64,000 bases of DNA from the human T2T-CHM13v2.0 reference genome, Homo sapiens: the NCBI RefSeq assembly GCF_009914755.1, contig NC_060941.1; one strand, 5' to 3'. Below, in pieces: positions 50,257 to 64,000 of the stretch. Below the pieces are notes generated by a model. The model did no database searches. It was not told the DNA's origin and worked only from the letters and a program-made list of their open reading frames with translations. The position numbers were made by a program, and so were the translations under genes. Positions within the stretch are counted from its first letter, which is position 1. Every line of letters begins with the position of its first letter.

Positions 50257-50408
50257 GCACCCCGTGTGCCCCAGCTCCATGACCAAGGAACTCAGCACCC
50301 CGTGTGCCCCAGCTCCATGACCAAGGAACTCAGCACGCCGTGTGCCCCAGCTCCATGACCAAGGAACTCAGCACCCCGTGTGCCCCAGCTCCATGACCAA
50401 GGAACTCA
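50257..50408. repeat. Minisatellite, 4 x 38 bp (GCACCCCGTGTGCCCCAGCTCCATGACCAAGGAACTCA)
   Basis: Units at 50257, 50295, 50333 (one C>G) and 50371. Confidence 0.95.
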
Positions 50409-50909
50409 GCCCACAAAGGCATCCCTGGCCCCATGCAGGGCTCAGGAGGCAGCGGAAAGGGTTAAGAGTCCAGGCCTCAAGGACAGGAGGGGAGGGTGGA
50501 GGGCCTGTGGTGTGCATCCGGCATCCCTGGATGGTCAGGGCCCAGAACCCATCCCTATTTCCCTTCTGGTGGTAGGGGGCTGCCTAACTTGGGCAGTGGC
50601 ACAAAGCATGCAGGCTTTGTTGTCCTCCTCCTCCACCCCTCAGCCTGGCATATTTTGGCGAGGGACTTCCCTGATGCCACCGGGCAAGGTATCTTGCCTA
50701 ACTGGTCTGAATGACTAGCCCAGCGTTGGGACTAGAAGCAGCCACTGGGAGGAGTGGTGGGAAAGCAGCCCCACTCAAGGGCTGAAACAGTCCTTGTCCA
50801 AAACAAGGGGGACTTGAAAAGATCTCAGCAAGAAGGCAAAGAGAGGCAGCTGTTAGGGTCGTGAGGTTCAGCAGGCCGGCAGGCAAGAGAGAGGACACCG
50901 ATGGCCTGG

Positions 50910-52418
50910 AAACATTTGTCATCACCCCAAACTTTATTGCTTACAAAGAGTTCTCTACAACCCAGACTCTGCAGTACCAAGGCTGCAGTTCTTTATGTGC
51001 TGGGGGCCGGGGCTCTCTCCCCGGGAGCAGTCTGACTCAATGTGGACAGCTGGACAAAGGCTGTCTTGGCAAGATGTGGGAATGAGCTTCTCCCACGGAG
51101 TCTCGGCGTCCCCTGCCCCAGGAGGTTGAGGCTAGCAGACACCCCCTGACGATTCACAGCTGATTTAATGCTACGTGAGTCCTGAGTAGCTCCCCTGGGA
51201 GAAGAGGCTAAGCTGGGGCAATGGGGAAGGGGGTGCTATTCTTAGAGAAATCTGGAAGAGGTTTGAGGAGTCACATGCATGTGGACAGCTCAAGACTGTG
51301 TCCCTTCACCCCATCTCCTGGCTTGCTATGCTCCTACAGTGTCACTGCCCTGCCCTGCCCTGCCAGAGGGCAGCCATGAAAGTGCTTTGAGGTCATCAGA
51401 GTGCAAAGTGCCGTCGGCAGTACCCTCTGGCCAGGGGCAGGGCAGGGTGAGTGTCAGTGTGATGCTGAGCTGTGCTCTGGGGAACCAGCACGCTGGACAC
51501 TGATAGTGGGGCTGGGGCGCCGGAGCGTCTCTCTCTGCTGCTTTCCTTAGCACTGATCATGTCCATCCACAGACTGTTCCTGTCAGGCATATCCTGCATC
51601 ACCCTTCACCTTTACAGATGAGGGAACTGAGTGCCAGCGAGTCTGGGGCAGTGCTGGGCCTGAAGGGGCTCGGGGCCTGCTGCTCTGGGGAAGAGTGGTA
51701 GCCAGCAGCAAAGGGGCACATGTCTGGGGACTGAGAACCACTTCACTTACACACCTTCTTTGGTCCTTGGCTGAACCAGAGGTCAACTCAGGACCTGTGT
51801 TGCAACAACCTGAAAAGTGTGGTGTATTCTACCAGGGAGCCTTCCCAGGGTCAGGCATTCTTTTCCCCTACACCCAAAAGGGGTGAGCTGGCCAGGTGAG
51901 GCCAGGCAAGGGGTTTAGAGGGCCCCCTTAACCTACGGGCGGGCATACCTGCTGACCTGGTTCTGCACTGAACCTGAGTTTGGGCCCTTACACACTTGAC
52001 ACTCTCACAGCAGCCTGGAGGGTGAGGGGCCGAGGGGCTCGCCCACCCCTTCTGACCCAGGCTGGAAGCTGCTCTCCCCTGTCTGCCAGCAAATGGTCAC
52101 TGATCCAAGCGGGTCAGGCCAACTCGACTGGAGCAGGGCAGAGAAGATCCTGTTTGTTTCCCGAGGTAACTCCTGCCATCCTCCTCTGTCTCTTCACGTG
52201 GCGGAGTGTTTTCTCAGCAGGGTGGGGCAGGGCTCAGGTGTGAAATCCTGGGAGGCATTCTGCTTGCCCCCACCTTGCTGCTGCGAGGCCCTGGTCCCAC
52301 TGCTGAGCCGGGGGCTGGCAGATCCCTGGGAACGGCTGAGCCTGTGTTTCAGGGCAGCATCGTGCACCGAGCAGGAAGGCTGCTTCCGGCAGTGTGGAGC
52401 CGGCGGTGGAGGGCAGGG
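50910..52418 (-). other. MAP3K14: MAP3K14 3'UTR (~1.5 kb)
   Basis: Runs from the TAA (52421-52419) to just beyond AATAAA at 50938-50933. Confidence 0.8.
50933..50938 (-). terminator. MAP3K14: MAP3K14 polyadenylation signal AATAAA
   Basis: tttatt on + strand. Confidence 0.8.
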
Positions 52419-62453
<10,035 letters not shown>

Positions 62454-62639
62454 CTAGTGCTCCACATACAGAGGCTGCTGCTGTTTCCAGTGGTGATGCA
62501 GGGGCCTGGGGGGCCTGCTGGACCCTCAGAGGCTAAATTGTGTATCCCGTGCCCTTGGTATCAGGAGCAACTTCTTGTACTTAATTAAAGTTCTGGAGTG
62601 CTGCCTGTGTGCAAAAACAGCCACATAAAAACTACATCC

Positions 62640-63835
<1,196 letters not shown>

Positions 63836-64000
63836 TCAACACTTTTCTTTCCCGGAGGACTAAAACATCCACATAGACAGAGCAGTGTTTATTCTGTTTG
63901 CAGCTGTCTCCCAGCATCTGGGAACTTAAGGAGGCTTCTGAGGAGGCTTCTGGGGAGTGGCCAAGGCCACTCCCACTGCCAAATGGCAGGTCCGGGATCA

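Noticed and set aside
50257-50408. Direct repeats as a CRISPR-like array
   Set aside because: Units are contiguous with no unique spacers, there are no cas genes, and the context is eukaryotic; this is a minisatellite

Overview
Human-type (primate, Alu-rich) genomic DNA, recognisable from its proteins as the 17q21.31 FMNL1-SPATA32-MAP3K14 locus. After an Alu-dense first ~8 kb, the + strand carries the complete formin gene FMNL1: CpG-island promoter, ATG at 9844, 26 coding exons, alternative 3' ends and poly(A) signal at 35034. The - strand carries three genes: a disabled multi-exon EF-hand gene (probably EFCAB15P, ~35.1-38.3 kb or further), the complete 5-exon SPATA32 (384 aa), and the last 10 exons plus 3'UTR of MAP3K14/NIK. 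I placed exon boundaries by hand on GT/AG sites and the exon sums stay in frame. Most ORFs in the six-frame track are Alu- or GC-derived noise. I see no prokaryote-style novel system. The best leads are: an 18-nt in-frame FMNL1 microexon with SRRM4-type UGC and RBFOX motifs, a competing exon-3 donor toggling 10 aa, an internal perfect-Kozak Met in an intragenic CpG island, the decayed EF-hand gene, and a 38-bp x4 minisatellite between the MAP3K14 poly(A) site and the SPATA32 promoter.
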